From NCBI GenBank assembly GCA_007126035.1, contig SLCC01000086.1, positions 680-64,679 of the forward strand: DNA of 64,000 bases, in the 5' to 3' direction. The notes under the pieces are model-generated. The model saw nothing but the letters and a program-made list of their open reading frames with translations. It was not told the DNA's origin and did not search any database. Positions 28,221-38,134 of this stretch are shown one piece after another. Both the position numbers and the translations under genes were made by a program. Position 1 is the first letter of the stretch. Each line of letters begins with the position of its first letter. The stretch is from Gemmatimonadota bacterium. Its GTDB lineage: Bacteria; Gemmatimonadota; Gemmatimonadetes; Longimicrobiales; RSA9.

Positions 28221-30983
28221 CTACGGCTGTTGCAGCTGCTGTTTCGCGGCGAACGTCTGGCGGACGATCCGTAGCTGCTCCTTGTCGTGTGCCTTCTTGT
28301 AGCCCTCCGCCGGGCTGGCCCGCTCGGGCCGACCGGCGTACCCGAGGCTGAGCCGGCCACCAGCAACGGCCTCGAGGAGGGGCTGGATGAACGACCACGC
28401 GCCCATGTTGGCCGGCTCCTCCTGGACCCAGACCAGCTCGGTGGCCTGGTCATAATGGTCCAGCAGCTCACGCAGGTCCGGCCCGGGGAAGGGGTAGAGC
28501 TGCTCGAAGCGGATCAGCGCCACGTCCTCAGCCTCCTCGCGCTCGTCGGCGGCGATGAGGTCGTAGTACACCTTCCCGGAGCAGAGGGCCAGGCGTCGCA
28601 CCGTGTCAGGCCGGTCGGTGGTTCGCTGGTCGTCCATGATCGGCCTGAACGCCCCGCCGGTCAGGTCGGGTAGTGTGGAGACGGCCTTCGGGTGGCGGAG
28701 CAGGCTCTTGGGCGTGAGGACGACCAGTGGCCGGGGCTCATCGCTCATGGCCTGGCTGCGTAGCAGGTGGAAGTACTGGGCCGGCGTCGTACAGTTGGCG
28801 ACTCGCATGTTGTCTTCCGCCGCCAGCTGTAGGAATCGCTCGAGCCTGGCGCTGGAGTGTTCCGGACCCTGACCTTCGTACCCGTGTGGCAGCAGCAAGG
28901 TCAGGCGGTTCTCCTGTCCCCACTTGGCCCGGCCCGAGGTCAGGAACTGGTCCAGGATGACCTGCGCCGCGTTGACGAAGTCACCGAACTGGGCCTCCCA
29001 GAGCACCAGCGACCGTGGCGAGGCGGTGCTGTAACCGTATTCGAAGCCAAGTACGCCCGCCTCTGAGAGGGGGCTGTTGTAGACCTCGAAGGGCGCCCCT
29101 GCCTCCTCCAGCGCCTGGAGCGGTGTGTGCCTGTCGCCGGTGCGGGCGTCGGTCAGGGTCAGGTGCCGCTGGCTGAACGTCCCGCGCACCGAGTCCTGCC
29201 CGGACAGGCGGACGTGGATTCCGTCCGCCACCAGCGAGGCGAATGCCAGCGATTCGGCATGTGCCCAGTCGATGCCCTTGCCGGCCTCCAGTGACGTGCC
29301 CCTGCGCACGAGCTGACGCTCGAGCTTGGGATGGACGGTGAAGCCGTCAGGCCAGCTGTGGAGCTGCCGGTCGTAGCCTAGGAGCCGCTCCCTGGCGACG
29401 GCCGTCTCCACGGGCCCTTCGATGGCGGCTGGTTCCAGGGCCGGCGCTACCGTGGCAGGATCCCCGTTCGCGGACTGCTTCACCTCCTGCTGGACCTGGG
29501 TCAGGTGCCGGTAGGCGGTGTCCCAGATCTCCTGCCGCTCCTCTTCCGTTACCGTACCCTCCTCCATCAGTCGCCCGGCCCACCGGGCCAGGACCGTGGG
29601 GTGCTCGACGATCCGCTCGTAGACGCGCGGCTGGGTGTAGGCCGGCTCGTCGCCCTCGTTATGGCCGAACCGGCGGTAGCCCACCAGGTCGATGAGGACA
29701 TCGGCCTGGAACCGGGTCCGGTAGTCCAGGGCCAGCCGGGCCACCGCCAGGCACGCCTCGGGATCGTCGGCATTCACGTGGAAGACGGGGATGTCGAACC
29801 CCTTGGCCAGGTCGCTGGCATAGTTGGTTGATCTGGCCTCACTGGGCTCGGTCGTGAAGCCGATCTGATTGTTGACGATGATATGGAGCGTGCCCCCGGT
29901 CTCGTAGCCGTTGAGCCGCGCCAGGTTCAGCGTCTCCGCCACGATCCCCTGTCCCGCGAAGGCGGCGTCGCCGTGCATGATCACGGGTAGCACCCGGGCC
30001 ACGTCCTGGGCCAGCTCAGGTGTGGAGACCTCGGTCTGACGCGCCCGAGCGATACCCGCCACTACCGGGTTGACGTACTCCAGGTGGCTTGGGTTGGGCG
30101 CCATGGAGACGGTCAGCGGCTGACCCGAGATGGTCGCGTAGGTGCCCTCCGCTCCCAGATGGTACTTCACGTCGCCGGTCCCGGAGCCAGACTGCTGGCC
30201 CTCGAACTCGGCCAGAATCCGCTCATAGGGCTGGCCCAGGACGTGGGCCAGCACGTTGAGGCGACCCCTGTGGGCCATTCCCAACACGACCTCCCGGGCA
30301 CCCGCTGCCGCCGACCGCTCGATCGCCAGGTCCAGCATGGGGATCAACATGTCGTTGCCCTCGACGCTGAACCGCTTCTGCCCCAGGTAGGCCCTGTGCA
30401 GGAATTGCTCGAACGCCTCCACCTCCGTGAGGCGGCTCAGCAGGCGGAGCTTCTCCTCGCGGCTGAGCGGGCGCCTGTGATCGCCCGCCTCGATCCGGCG
30501 GCGCAGCCACTCCCGCCGGCCCGGATCCTCGAGGTGCTCGTACTCGTAGCCGACAGTGCTGGTATAGGTCTCCCGCAGCCAGCCCAGCACCACCCTCATG
30601 CTCACACCCGCCTCGCCCAGATCCAGCAGGGAGGCGGGGATCGTTTCCAGCTGCGACTCCTCGATACCGTGGAACGACGGCGCCAGCATGGGGTGCCCCC
30701 GGGGCGCGCTGTCCAGCGGGTCGACCCGGGCGGCGGTGTGGCCGTGGAGACGGTGCGCCTCCACCAGCTCGGCCGCCGCCATCGCCGCCCGGAGCTGGGC
30801 GCGGGTAGGCGCGGGTGCACCGTCGCCAACCGGTATGACGCCCACCTCTTCGGGGCTCAGCCCGAAGACCGCGCGCCAGCGCTCGTCCACCGAGGCGGGG
30901 TCACGGGTATACTGCTCGTACAGCGCCTGCACGTAGCCGGCGTTGTAGGAGTCGAAGGCCTGCTGGTTCCTTATCTGGCTCAC
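28221..30983 (-). CDS. sucA: 2-oxoglutarate dehydrogenase E1 component
   Basis: GQKRFSVEG, GMAHRGRLNVL, GDVKYHLG, HGDAAFAGQG, WEAQFGDF, PHGYEGQGPEHSSARLERFLQ. Confidence 0.97.
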   Translation of the reverse strand: MSQIRNQQAFDSYNAGYVQALYEQYTRDPASVDERWRAVFGLSPEEVGVIPVGDGAPAPTRAQLRAAMAAAELVEAHRLHGHTAARVDPLDSAPRGHPMLAPSFHGIEESQLETIPASLLDLGEAGVSMRVVLGWLRETYTSTVGYEYEHLEDPGRREWLRRRIEAGDHRRPLSREEKLRLLSRLTEVEAFEQFLHRAYLGQKRFSVEGNDMLIPMLDLAIERSAAAGAREVVLGMAHRGRLNVLAHVLGQPYERILAEFEGQQSGSGTGDVKYHLGAEGTYATISGQPLTVSMAPNPSHLEYVNPVVAGIARARQTEVSTPELAQDVARVLPVIMHGDAAFAGQGIVAETLNLARLNGYETGGTLHIIVNNQIGFTTEPSEARSTNYASDLAKGFDIPVFHVNADDPEACLAVARLALDYRTRFQADVLIDLVGYRRFGHNEGDEPAYTQPRVYERIVEHPTVLARWAGRLMEEGTVTEEERQEIWDTAYRHLTQVQQEVKQSANGDPATVAPALEPAAIEGPVETAVARERLLGYDRQLHSWPDGFTVHPKLERQLVRRGTSLEAGKGIDWAHAESLAFASLVADGIHVRLSGQDSVRGTFSQRHLTLTDARTGDRHTPLQALEEAGAPFEVYNSPLSEAGVLGFEYGYSTASPRSLVLWEAQFGDFVNAAQVILDQFLTSGRAKWGQENRLTLLLPHGYEGQGPEHSSARLERFLQLAAEDNMRVANCTTPAQYFHLLRSQAMSDEPRPLVVLTPKSLLRHPKAVSTLPDLTGGAFRPIMDDQRTTDRPDTVRRLALCSGKVYYDLIAADEREEAEDVALIRFEQLYPFPGPDLRELLDHYDQATELVWVQEEPANMGAWSFIQPLLEAVAGGRLSLGYAGRPERASPAEGYKKAHDKEQLRIVRQTFAAKQQLQQP

Positions 30984-31015
30984 TGCCTCTGGCTCACTGC
31001 CTCTGGCTCACTGCC
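30974..31015. repeat. Perfect 14-bp tandem repeat TCTGGCTCACTGCC x3 spanning the sucA start
   Basis: Copies at 30974-30987, 30988-31001, 31002-31015. Confidence 0.95.
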
Positions 31016-31165
31016 CTTCTCGATGTCGTGCGACTTGCCGGTTACGGGGGAGTAACTCATCAAGATAGGGACCACCACTTCCCAGATCCAGCGATCGTCG
31101 CGCATGTTTCCGCGCTGTGGACGGCGCGGGCGCGGCGCGGGCGCTGGCGTGAACGGTGCGGACGC

Positions 31166-33208
31166 TCACAGAGACGCTGGTACGGGGATCTCGAACCGGA
31201 AGGTGGTGCCGCCAGGTGTGCTCCTGGTCACTCGCACGTCGCCGTTCATCAGGCGGGCCAGGCGTTGTGCCACGCTCAGCCCCAGGCCAGAGCCGCCGCT
31301 CCGCCGGGTGGCCGGCTGCTCCGCCTGCCAGAACGGGTTGAATATGTGGGGCAGGTGCTCTGGCGCTATGCCGTTGCCGTTGTCCGAGATGTCGATCCTG
31401 ACCGTCCCGTCGCCAGCGTGCACCCGTATCCGCACGGCGCCCCGTTCCGTGAACTTGATGGCGTTGGTGGTGAGGGAGAGCACCACCTGGATGAACCTTT
31501 CCCGGTCGGTCTGGACCGTATCCGGGATCTGGTCGACCTCCAGCTCGAATTCGATGCCCTTCTCCGTGGCGGATGGGCGCACCATCTCGTCTATCTGGGA
31601 GAGGAGGGGGCGGAGGTGGACCTGTTCGAAGTGTGGTCGCTCCTTGCCGGACTCGAGCCTGGCGAAGGCGAGGATCCCCTCGATCAGCCGGAGAAGTCGG
31701 TCCGACCCGGCCCGGATCCGTTCCACCTGGCGGTGCTGCCGCTCGTTCATCGGTCCCGCCACCTCTTCGCTGAGCAGGTCCGAGTAGCCCAGCACGGCGG
31801 TCAGGGGTGTTCGGAGCTCGTGGCTGATGATGGCCAGGAAGTCGGATTTGGCCTGGTTCGCCAGCTCCGCGGACTGGAAGAGGCGGGCGTGGTCGACGGT
31901 GAGCCCGACCCGTCGGCCCAACTCTTCGGCCATCTGGAGGTCCACCTGGTCATAGTGGCGTTCAACGCTCGCCGAGCCCAGGATCAGGTAGCCGACGGTG
32001 GCCTTCCGGGCGCTCAGTGGCGCCAGGATCAGCGAAGCGGGAGCCAATTTCCTGACCAGCTCCGCCAGCCGGCCATCTTCTGGAATCAGGCCGGTCACGT
32101 CATGGGAGACTCGGCTCATGAGCACCGACTCGCCGCCCCTCACCACCTGTTCTATGAGTGAGCCCGCGGCCGGGCCTGTGGTCATGAAGGCGGCCACGTC
32201 CTCGATCACTGCCTGCATGCGGGGATCGGCGTGGGCGCCGGTGATGAAGGGTGGGAAACCCTCTCCAGCGGCGACGGCGAGGATGCAGGCATCGGCCACG
32301 GTATTGGCCGCGAGCCGGGCTATGGTGGGCAGCGTCGTCTCGTAGTCGAGGGACAGCTCGAGGATCATGCTTGCCTGGGAGAGGAACCGCTGCTCCTCGT
32401 GGACCCTGCGCCGCTCGGTGAGGTCCACCAGCGAGCCCACCACGCTGGTGGGCTCGCCACTCGCATCCTGCGTGATGTAGGCCCGGTCGAAGACGGTGGC
32501 GTAGCCCCGGTCGCCAGTGAGGAACCGATACTCCTCGGTCCAGAAGCGCCTGTCCTCGTGCAGGAACCGGTCGAAACTCTCCGCCACCCGCGGTAGGTCG
32601 TCGGGATGGATCCGGGAGCGCCACCACTCCATGGAGGGCTCGGTGCTGGCGGCGGTGAAGCCGAAGGAGTCGACCAGGGCCTCGTTCAGCTTCAGCCGCT
32701 CGGAGCCCACCTCCCACTCCCATATGACCGCGGAGGCGGCGCGGCGCATGAGCTCCACCCGTTCCTCGGCGTGGCGAGCCGTCTCCTCCGCCTTTCGCTG
32801 CGTGCGGATGTCACGGGCGACGGCCACCATTCCCATGGGACGACCTTCCCCGTCACGCATGTTGGTGACGGTGACCAGGACGGGGAAGAGGGAGCCATCC
32901 CGGTGCCGCACCAGGAACTCGCTGTGCCAGCGGCCTCGTCGGCGCAGTCGGGCCAGGCCCACCACCAGGTCGGCGGTGGTGCCCTCGGCCATGAGCAGGT
33001 CCTGGATGAGAGAGCCCAGGGCTTCGTCCCGTGACCAGCCGTACAGGCCATGGGCGGCGTCGTTCCAGTAGATGATGTGGCCGTTCAGGTCGGTGCCCAC
33101 CACGGCTTCGCCCAGGGCGTCCAGGGCGGATGCCCGGAGCAGTGCCTCGCCAGAGGTGTCGGGCGATTTGGTCAGCGGGGCGGCCCCGCTCGTCATGGTC
33201 AAACGCAT
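31166..33208 (-). CDS. Cytoplasmic PAS-PAS-GAF sensor histidine kinase
   Basis: Two PAS domains, GAF, SHELRTPL H-box, NAIKFT, DNGNGI, GSGLGLS. Confidence 0.93.
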   Translation of the reverse strand: MRLTMTSGAAPLTKSPDTSGEALLRASALDALGEAVVGTDLNGHIIYWNDAAHGLYGWSRDEALGSLIQDLLMAEGTTADLVVGLARLRRRGRWHSEFLVRHRDGSLFPVLVTVTNMRDGEGRPMGMVAVARDIRTQRKAEETARHAEERVELMRRAASAVIWEWEVGSERLKLNEALVDSFGFTAASTEPSMEWWRSRIHPDDLPRVAESFDRFLHEDRRFWTEEYRFLTGDRGYATVFDRAYITQDASGEPTSVVGSLVDLTERRRVHEEQRFLSQASMILELSLDYETTLPTIARLAANTVADACILAVAAGEGFPPFITGAHADPRMQAVIEDVAAFMTTGPAAGSLIEQVVRGGESVLMSRVSHDVTGLIPEDGRLAELVRKLAPASLILAPLSARKATVGYLILGSASVERHYDQVDLQMAEELGRRVGLTVDHARLFQSAELANQAKSDFLAIISHELRTPLTAVLGYSDLLSEEVAGPMNERQHRQVERIRAGSDRLLRLIEGILAFARLESGKERPHFEQVHLRPLLSQIDEMVRPSATEKGIEFELEVDQIPDTVQTDRERFIQVVLSLTTNAIKFTERGAVRIRVHAGDGTVRIDISDNGNGIAPEHLPHIFNPFWQAEQPATRRSGGSGLGLSVAQRLARLMNGDVRVTRSTPGGTTFRFEIPVPASL

Positions 33209-33528
33209 CAGGTCGACACGGCGCTCCTATCCATGCCGTGTGCCAAAAAAATCGTCTCGCTCAGGGCGCTGTACCCCTCAGGGGGTCTCCCGCGTCGGAG
33301 CGATGACGATGGTCAGAGTGGATGCTAGTAAGCGGGTGCGCCCAGGTCAAGGACGCCGTCGCAGTTGGTTGGCGGGCAGGGGGATCGTGCGGGCTGGTTG
33401 CCCCGGATCACCGGGCCGGGCTATCCTATTCGGGGTAGTGAGCCGCGGTCTCGTCGCAGTACGGGGCCCTGGCAGCACCACACTGGTCTGACGTCCCAGG
33501 AACCGCAGGTCACACACCGCCGGAGCGG

Positions 33529-36144
33529 ATGCCGAAGCAGGAAGAGACCCCACTAATGCGCCAGTGGCGCGAGGCCAAGTCGCGCCATCCTGATGCCATC
33601 GTGTTCTTCCGGGTCGGCGACTTCTACGAGATGTTCTGCGAAGACGCCGAGGAGGGCTCCCGACTGCTGGGCCTCACCCTCACCACCCGTAACAACGGTG
33701 GCGCCGCGGATGTCCCGCTGGCCGGAATACCGGTCAGGGCGCGCAACGACTATGTCCAGCGTCTGGTTCGGTTGGGCCGGCGCGTGGCCATCTGTGAGCA
33801 GGTCGAGGACCCGGCGGAGGCGAAGGACATCGTGCGGCGGGAGGTGGTGGAGACGATCACTCCCGGCTCCGTCACGTCGGACGCCCTCCTGGACGAGCGC
33901 CGGAACAACTGGCTCGTGGCACTGGTCGAGGCGGACGCCGGGGCTGCGGCCATCGCCGCGGCGGACATCAGCACCGGCGACTTCCTCGGGACGCGGGTTG
34001 CCGGGGAGCGGCTCGAGGCGGAGCTCGCCCGGTTCGAGCCCGCGGAGATCCTGCTCCCGCGCGCCAGGGAGGGCGCCCCCGGACGGGCTCCGCTCCTGGA
34101 CGGCGTGAGCACCACGCACCGTCCCGACTGGCTGTTCGAGCCCGATCTGGCCGGCGACGAACTGCGGCGACACTTCGGACTCCACACCCTGGATGGCCTG
34201 GGGTTCCAGGAAGGCGACGAGCCCTTGATCGGCGCCCTGGGCGCGCTCCTGGTCTACATCCGGGAGGTCCAGCCCGCGGCGGCGGAAGGGCTGCGCCCGC
34301 CCCGCCTCGAGCGGCCTGGCGAGGCCATGGCCCTGGACGAGATGACCCGCCGGAACCTGGAGCTGGTGGCACCTCTCCGCGGAGACGGCCCTGCCGGTGC
34401 CGCTGATACACTGATCGACGTGATCGATGAGACCACCACCGCCATGGGCGCCCGGCTGCTACGCCGCTGGCTGCTCCGGCCGCTGGTGGCGCCGGAGCCC
34501 ATCTGGCGGCGCCAGGAGGCGGTGGCCGAGCTGGTTGAGGACCCGGCGCTCCGCCGTGGCATTCGTGGCCAGATGAGAGAGGTCCGGGACCTGGAGCGGC
34601 TGGCGGGGAAGGTGGGTGCGGCTCGGGTCACGCCCCGTGAGATGTGGGCCCTCGGCTCATCGCTGGCCCGGCTGCCGGAGGTCCGGGCCGGCCTGGACGG
34701 CACCGTGGCGCCGCTCCTGGTGGAGTTGCGCCAGGAGCTGGACCCCATGGCCGACGTCCGTGCCGCCATCTCCGCCGCCGTCGCCGAGGATCCACCTGCC
34801 ACCCTGATGGAGGGCGGCGTCATCCGTGTCGGTCACGACCCGGAGCTGGACGGACTACGTGAGACGCGGGACGGGGCCCGTGACTTCATCGCCGCGCTCC
34901 AGACACGGGAGCGGGAGCGGACCGGGATATCCTCATTGAAGGTGGGCTACAACAAGGTCTTCGGGTACTTCCTGGAGGTGACGAAGTCCAATCTGGGGCG
35001 GGTTCCCCCGGAGTACCGGCGCAAGCAGACGCTGGCCAACTCGGAGCGCTACGTGACCGAGGAGCTGGACGAGTGGGAGGCGAAGGTGATGGGCGCGGAG
35101 GAGCGGATCGCCGAGCTGGAGGCCCGCCTCTTCAACGAGCTGCGGCGCAACGTGGCCGAGTCGGTGCCCAGGCTCCTGGCCACCGCCGCCCGGGTGGCAG
35201 AGCTGGACGTCCTGGCCGGCCTGGCCCGGCTGGCAGAGCGACGGCACTACGTACGGCCCGACGTCCATACCGGGTTCGACCTGGAGATACGGGACGGACG
35301 GCACCCGGTGGTGGAGACCATGATGCCACGGGAGGAGTTCATCCCCAACGACGTCGTCCTGGGTCCCGAGGCGCGGGTCATGATACTCACCGGCCCGAAC
35401 ATGGCGGGGAAGAGCACGCTGCTGCGCCAGGTGGGCCTGATCCAGATCCTGGCCCAGATCGGCGGCTTCGTCCCCGCCAGGTCGGCCCGGCTACCCATCT
35501 GCGACCGGGTCTTCACCCGCGTAGGGGCTTCGGACAACCTGGTCCGGGGCCAGTCCACGTTCATGGTGGAGATGAGCGAGACGGCCTCGATCCTCCACAA
35601 CGCAACCGACAGGTCGCTGGTGCTCCTGGACGAGATCGGCCGGGGTACCGCAACGTACGACGGGGTGAGCATCGCCTGGGCCGTGACCGAGCACCTCCAC
35701 GAGCGGACAGGCGCCAAGACCATCTTCGCCACCCACTACCACGAGCTCACCCAACTGGCCGACCTGCTGCCCGCGCTGGTGAACGTCAACGTGGCGGTCA
35801 AAGAGGTGGGCGACCACATCATCTTCCTGCGCCGTCTGGAGTCTGGCGGCGCCGACCGGTCCTACGGGATCCAGGTGGGCAGGCTGGCCGGCCTGCCGCC
35901 GGGCGTGGTCGAGCGGGCCCGGGAGATCCTGGCCGAGCTGGAAGGCAGTCACACGAGGCACGGGGAGGGGCTGGGCCGGAGAGGTGCCCGCCGACCGGCC
36001 AGCACCGCGCCTCCCGATCAGCTATCGTTCTTCGCCGCGCCCGAGCACCCGGTCGTGGAGAAGATACGTACCTTGGATCTGGAGCGGTTGACACCCCTGG
36101 AGGCGCTCAACCGCCTTGCACAGTTGAAGGAGGAAGTCGAGTGA
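33529..36144 (+). CDS. mutS: DNA mismatch repair protein MutS
   Basis: FFRVGDFYEMF, GPNMAGKST, STFMVEM, DEIGRGT, FATHYHEL, SYGIQV. Confidence 0.98.
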   Translation: MPKQEETPLMRQWREAKSRHPDAIVFFRVGDFYEMFCEDAEEGSRLLGLTLTTRNNGGAADVPLAGIPVRARNDYVQRLVRLGRRVAICEQVEDPAEAKDIVRREVVETITPGSVTSDALLDERRNNWLVALVEADAGAAAIAAADISTGDFLGTRVAGERLEAELARFEPAEILLPRAREGAPGRAPLLDGVSTTHRPDWLFEPDLAGDELRRHFGLHTLDGLGFQEGDEPLIGALGALLVYIREVQPAAAEGLRPPRLERPGEAMALDEMTRRNLELVAPLRGDGPAGAADTLIDVIDETTTAMGARLLRRWLLRPLVAPEPIWRRQEAVAELVEDPALRRGIRGQMREVRDLERLAGKVGAARVTPREMWALGSSLARLPEVRAGLDGTVAPLLVELRQELDPMADVRAAISAAVAEDPPATLMEGGVIRVGHDPELDGLRETRDGARDFIAALQTRERERTGISSLKVGYNKVFGYFLEVTKSNLGRVPPEYRRKQTLANSERYVTEELDEWEAKVMGAEERIAELEARLFNELRRNVAESVPRLLATAARVAELDVLAGLARLAERRHYVRPDVHTGFDLEIRDGRHPVVETMMPREEFIPNDVVLGPEARVMILTGPNMAGKSTLLRQVGLIQILAQIGGFVPARSARLPICDRVFTRVGASDNLVRGQSTFMVEMSETASILHNATDRSLVLLDEIGRGTATYDGVSIAWAVTEHLHERTGAKTIFATHYHELTQLADLLPALVNVNVAVKEVGDHIIFLRRLESGGADRSYGIQVGRLAGLPPGVVERAREILAELEGSHTRHGEGLGRRGARRPASTAPPDQLSFFAAPEHPVVEKIRTLDLERLTPLEALNRLAQLKEEVE

Positions 36145-36608
36145 AGAAGCTCGCAGCCACCACCGGAGCTCGGGAGACAGCGCTGTTGCTGATGGCGCCG
36201 ATCGCCGCAGCCGCGCTGATGACAGGGTGCGCCGAAGAGGCTGTCACCATCGAAGAACCACAGGTCATCGCCACCGAGGAATCACCGTTCTCCTATCCGG
36301 CTGCCCTCTGGGACCAGGACCTGGAAGGAGAAACGGTCATCATGGTCCGGGTCACCGAGGACGGTGCCGTGGACAGCGTCTACGTGCTTGAGTCCAGTGG
36401 CGAGGCCGCCTTCGACTCGGTAGCGGTGAACGGGGCGAGGGACCTCCGGTTCCAGCCAGGGCGCCGTGATGACCGCCAGGCAACGATGTGGGCAAGGCTG
36501 CCCGTACGGTTCCACAAGGGCGGGGCAGAGGCGGAGACGGACGGTGAGGTCGAGCCCGGACCAGAGCCCCGGGCCGACTCCAGGCCAACCACCGGAGCCG
36601 AGCCGTGA
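36141..36608 (+). CDS. TonB C-terminal domain protein, probable lipoprotein
   Basis: GTG overlaps mutS stop; LMTGC lipobox; YPAAL..EGETVIMVRVTEDGAVD..SSG..FD..LRFQPG..LPVRF. Confidence 0.8.
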   Translation: MKKLAATTGARETALLLMAPIAAAALMTGCAEEAVTIEEPQVIATEESPFSYPAALWDQDLEGETVIMVRVTEDGAVDSVYVLESSGEAAFDSVAVNGARDLRFQPGRRDDRQATMWARLPVRFHKGGAEAETDGEVEPGPEPRADSRPTTGAEP

Positions 36609-37993
36609 ACAAGCCGCCGCGCAACGCCCAACCCTGTGACTCCGTCCTGGACGCCATCGGCTGGACGCCCCTCATCAGACTGAACAGGGTCACCGGCGGC
36701 GCCAGGACCCCCGTGTTCGCCAAGGCTGAGTTCCTCAACCCCGGCGGCTCGGTAAAGGACCGGATCGGGCTGGCGATGATCGAGGCGGCGGAGCGTGACG
36801 GCCGCCTGCGGCCCGGCGGCGTCGTGGTGGAGGGGACCAGCGGCAATACAGGTGTGGGGCTGGCCATCGCAGCGGCCCTGAAGGGCTATCGCTGCATCTT
36901 CACCATGCCCGACAAGATGAGCCAGGAGAAGGTCCGCCTCCTCAAGGCCTTCGGCGCGGAAGTGGTGATCACGCCCACCGCCGTGCCGCCGGACCACCCC
37001 GACAACTACGTGGAGACGGCCAAGCGCATCGTCCGGAGCACACCCGGCGCCATCCTGGCCGACCAGTTCTACAACCAGGTCAACCCGAAGGCCCATTACG
37101 CCACCACCGGCCCGGAGCTCTGGGAGCAGACCGGCGGGCGCATCACCCACCTGGTCGCCTCCGCGGGCACCGGCGGCACGATCAGCGGCACGGGCACATT
37201 CCTGAAGGAGAAGAACCCGCGCGTCCGCGTCGTAGCCGGCGACCCGCAAGGCTCCATATTCGCGCACTACTTCAGGACCGGCGAGAAGGGACCGGACGCG
37301 CCCTATCAGGTGGAAGGGATCGGGAACGACAAGCTGCCGGAGACGCTCTGGTTCGACGTGATCGACGAGTTCCATTCCATAGGTGACACGGACGCCTTCC
37401 GCATGGCCCGTCGCCTGACCAGGGAGGAAGGCCTCTTCGTGGGCGGGTCCGCCGGGCTGGTCGTGCACCTGGCCGTCCAGCTGGCGCAGAGCCTCGATGA
37501 CCCGGAGGCACTCATCGTCGCGGTCCTGCCCGATACCGGCGAGCGCTACCTCTCCAAGCTGTACAACGATGAGTGGATGCGGGAGCACCGCCTCCTGGAG
37601 CCCGAGCGCATGACCGCACGCTCCATGCTCGAGGGCAAGGAGACCGACATCCAGCCCCTGATCGTCGTGGAGCCGGAACAGACCGGGCGCGAGGCCCTGG
37701 ACCTCATCACCGGACACGGCATCTCCCAGTTGCCGGTCTTCCAGGACGGCCGCTCCGTGGGCGCCATCGCCGAGGAAACGCTCATGGCCCAGATCATCCA
37801 GGACCCCCACGTCCTGGATCGGCCCCTGGCAGAACTCATGGGTGAGCCGTTGCCCGTGATCGGGAGCGACGCCCGCATGGACGACGTGGCGCGCCTCCTC
37901 ACCCGCCAGACTCCAGCCGTCCTCGTCAGCCACGAAGGCGCCGTCACCGGCATCATCACCCGCTACGACATGGTGCGCCAGCTCTCGCGCTGA
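36605..37993 (+). CDS. Cystathionine beta-synthase (PLP domain plus CBS pair)
   Basis: KAEFLNPGGSVKDR, TSGNTG, GTGGT, PDTGERYLSK, C-terminal CBS domains. Confidence 0.92.
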   Translation: MNKPPRNAQPCDSVLDAIGWTPLIRLNRVTGGARTPVFAKAEFLNPGGSVKDRIGLAMIEAAERDGRLRPGGVVVEGTSGNTGVGLAIAAALKGYRCIFTMPDKMSQEKVRLLKAFGAEVVITPTAVPPDHPDNYVETAKRIVRSTPGAILADQFYNQVNPKAHYATTGPELWEQTGGRITHLVASAGTGGTISGTGTFLKEKNPRVRVVAGDPQGSIFAHYFRTGEKGPDAPYQVEGIGNDKLPETLWFDVIDEFHSIGDTDAFRMARRLTREEGLFVGGSAGLVVHLAVQLAQSLDDPEALIVAVLPDTGERYLSKLYNDEWMREHRLLEPERMTARSMLEGKETDIQPLIVVEPEQTGREALDLITGHGISQLPVFQDGRSVGAIAEETLMAQIIQDPHVLDRPLAELMGEPLPVIGSDARMDDVARLLTRQTPAVLVSHEGAVTGIITRYDMVRQLSR

Positions 37994-38134
37994 TAACCGC
38001 CTCGCTCCGGCCAGCCGATGGTAGGGCTCGGTATTTGCGCTTGTCGATGGCGGGTGGTACGACTACCGGCCGGGACGGCGCGTCATGATGACATTGACGA
38101 TTGAGGACGTGGAAATGGGTCAGGTGCTGAGGTC

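Noticed and set aside
33230-33246. Possible sigma54 promoter TTGGCACACGGCATGGA upstream of the histidine kinase (minus strand)
   Set aside because: The -24 box is good but -12 reads GG instead of GC; too weak to call
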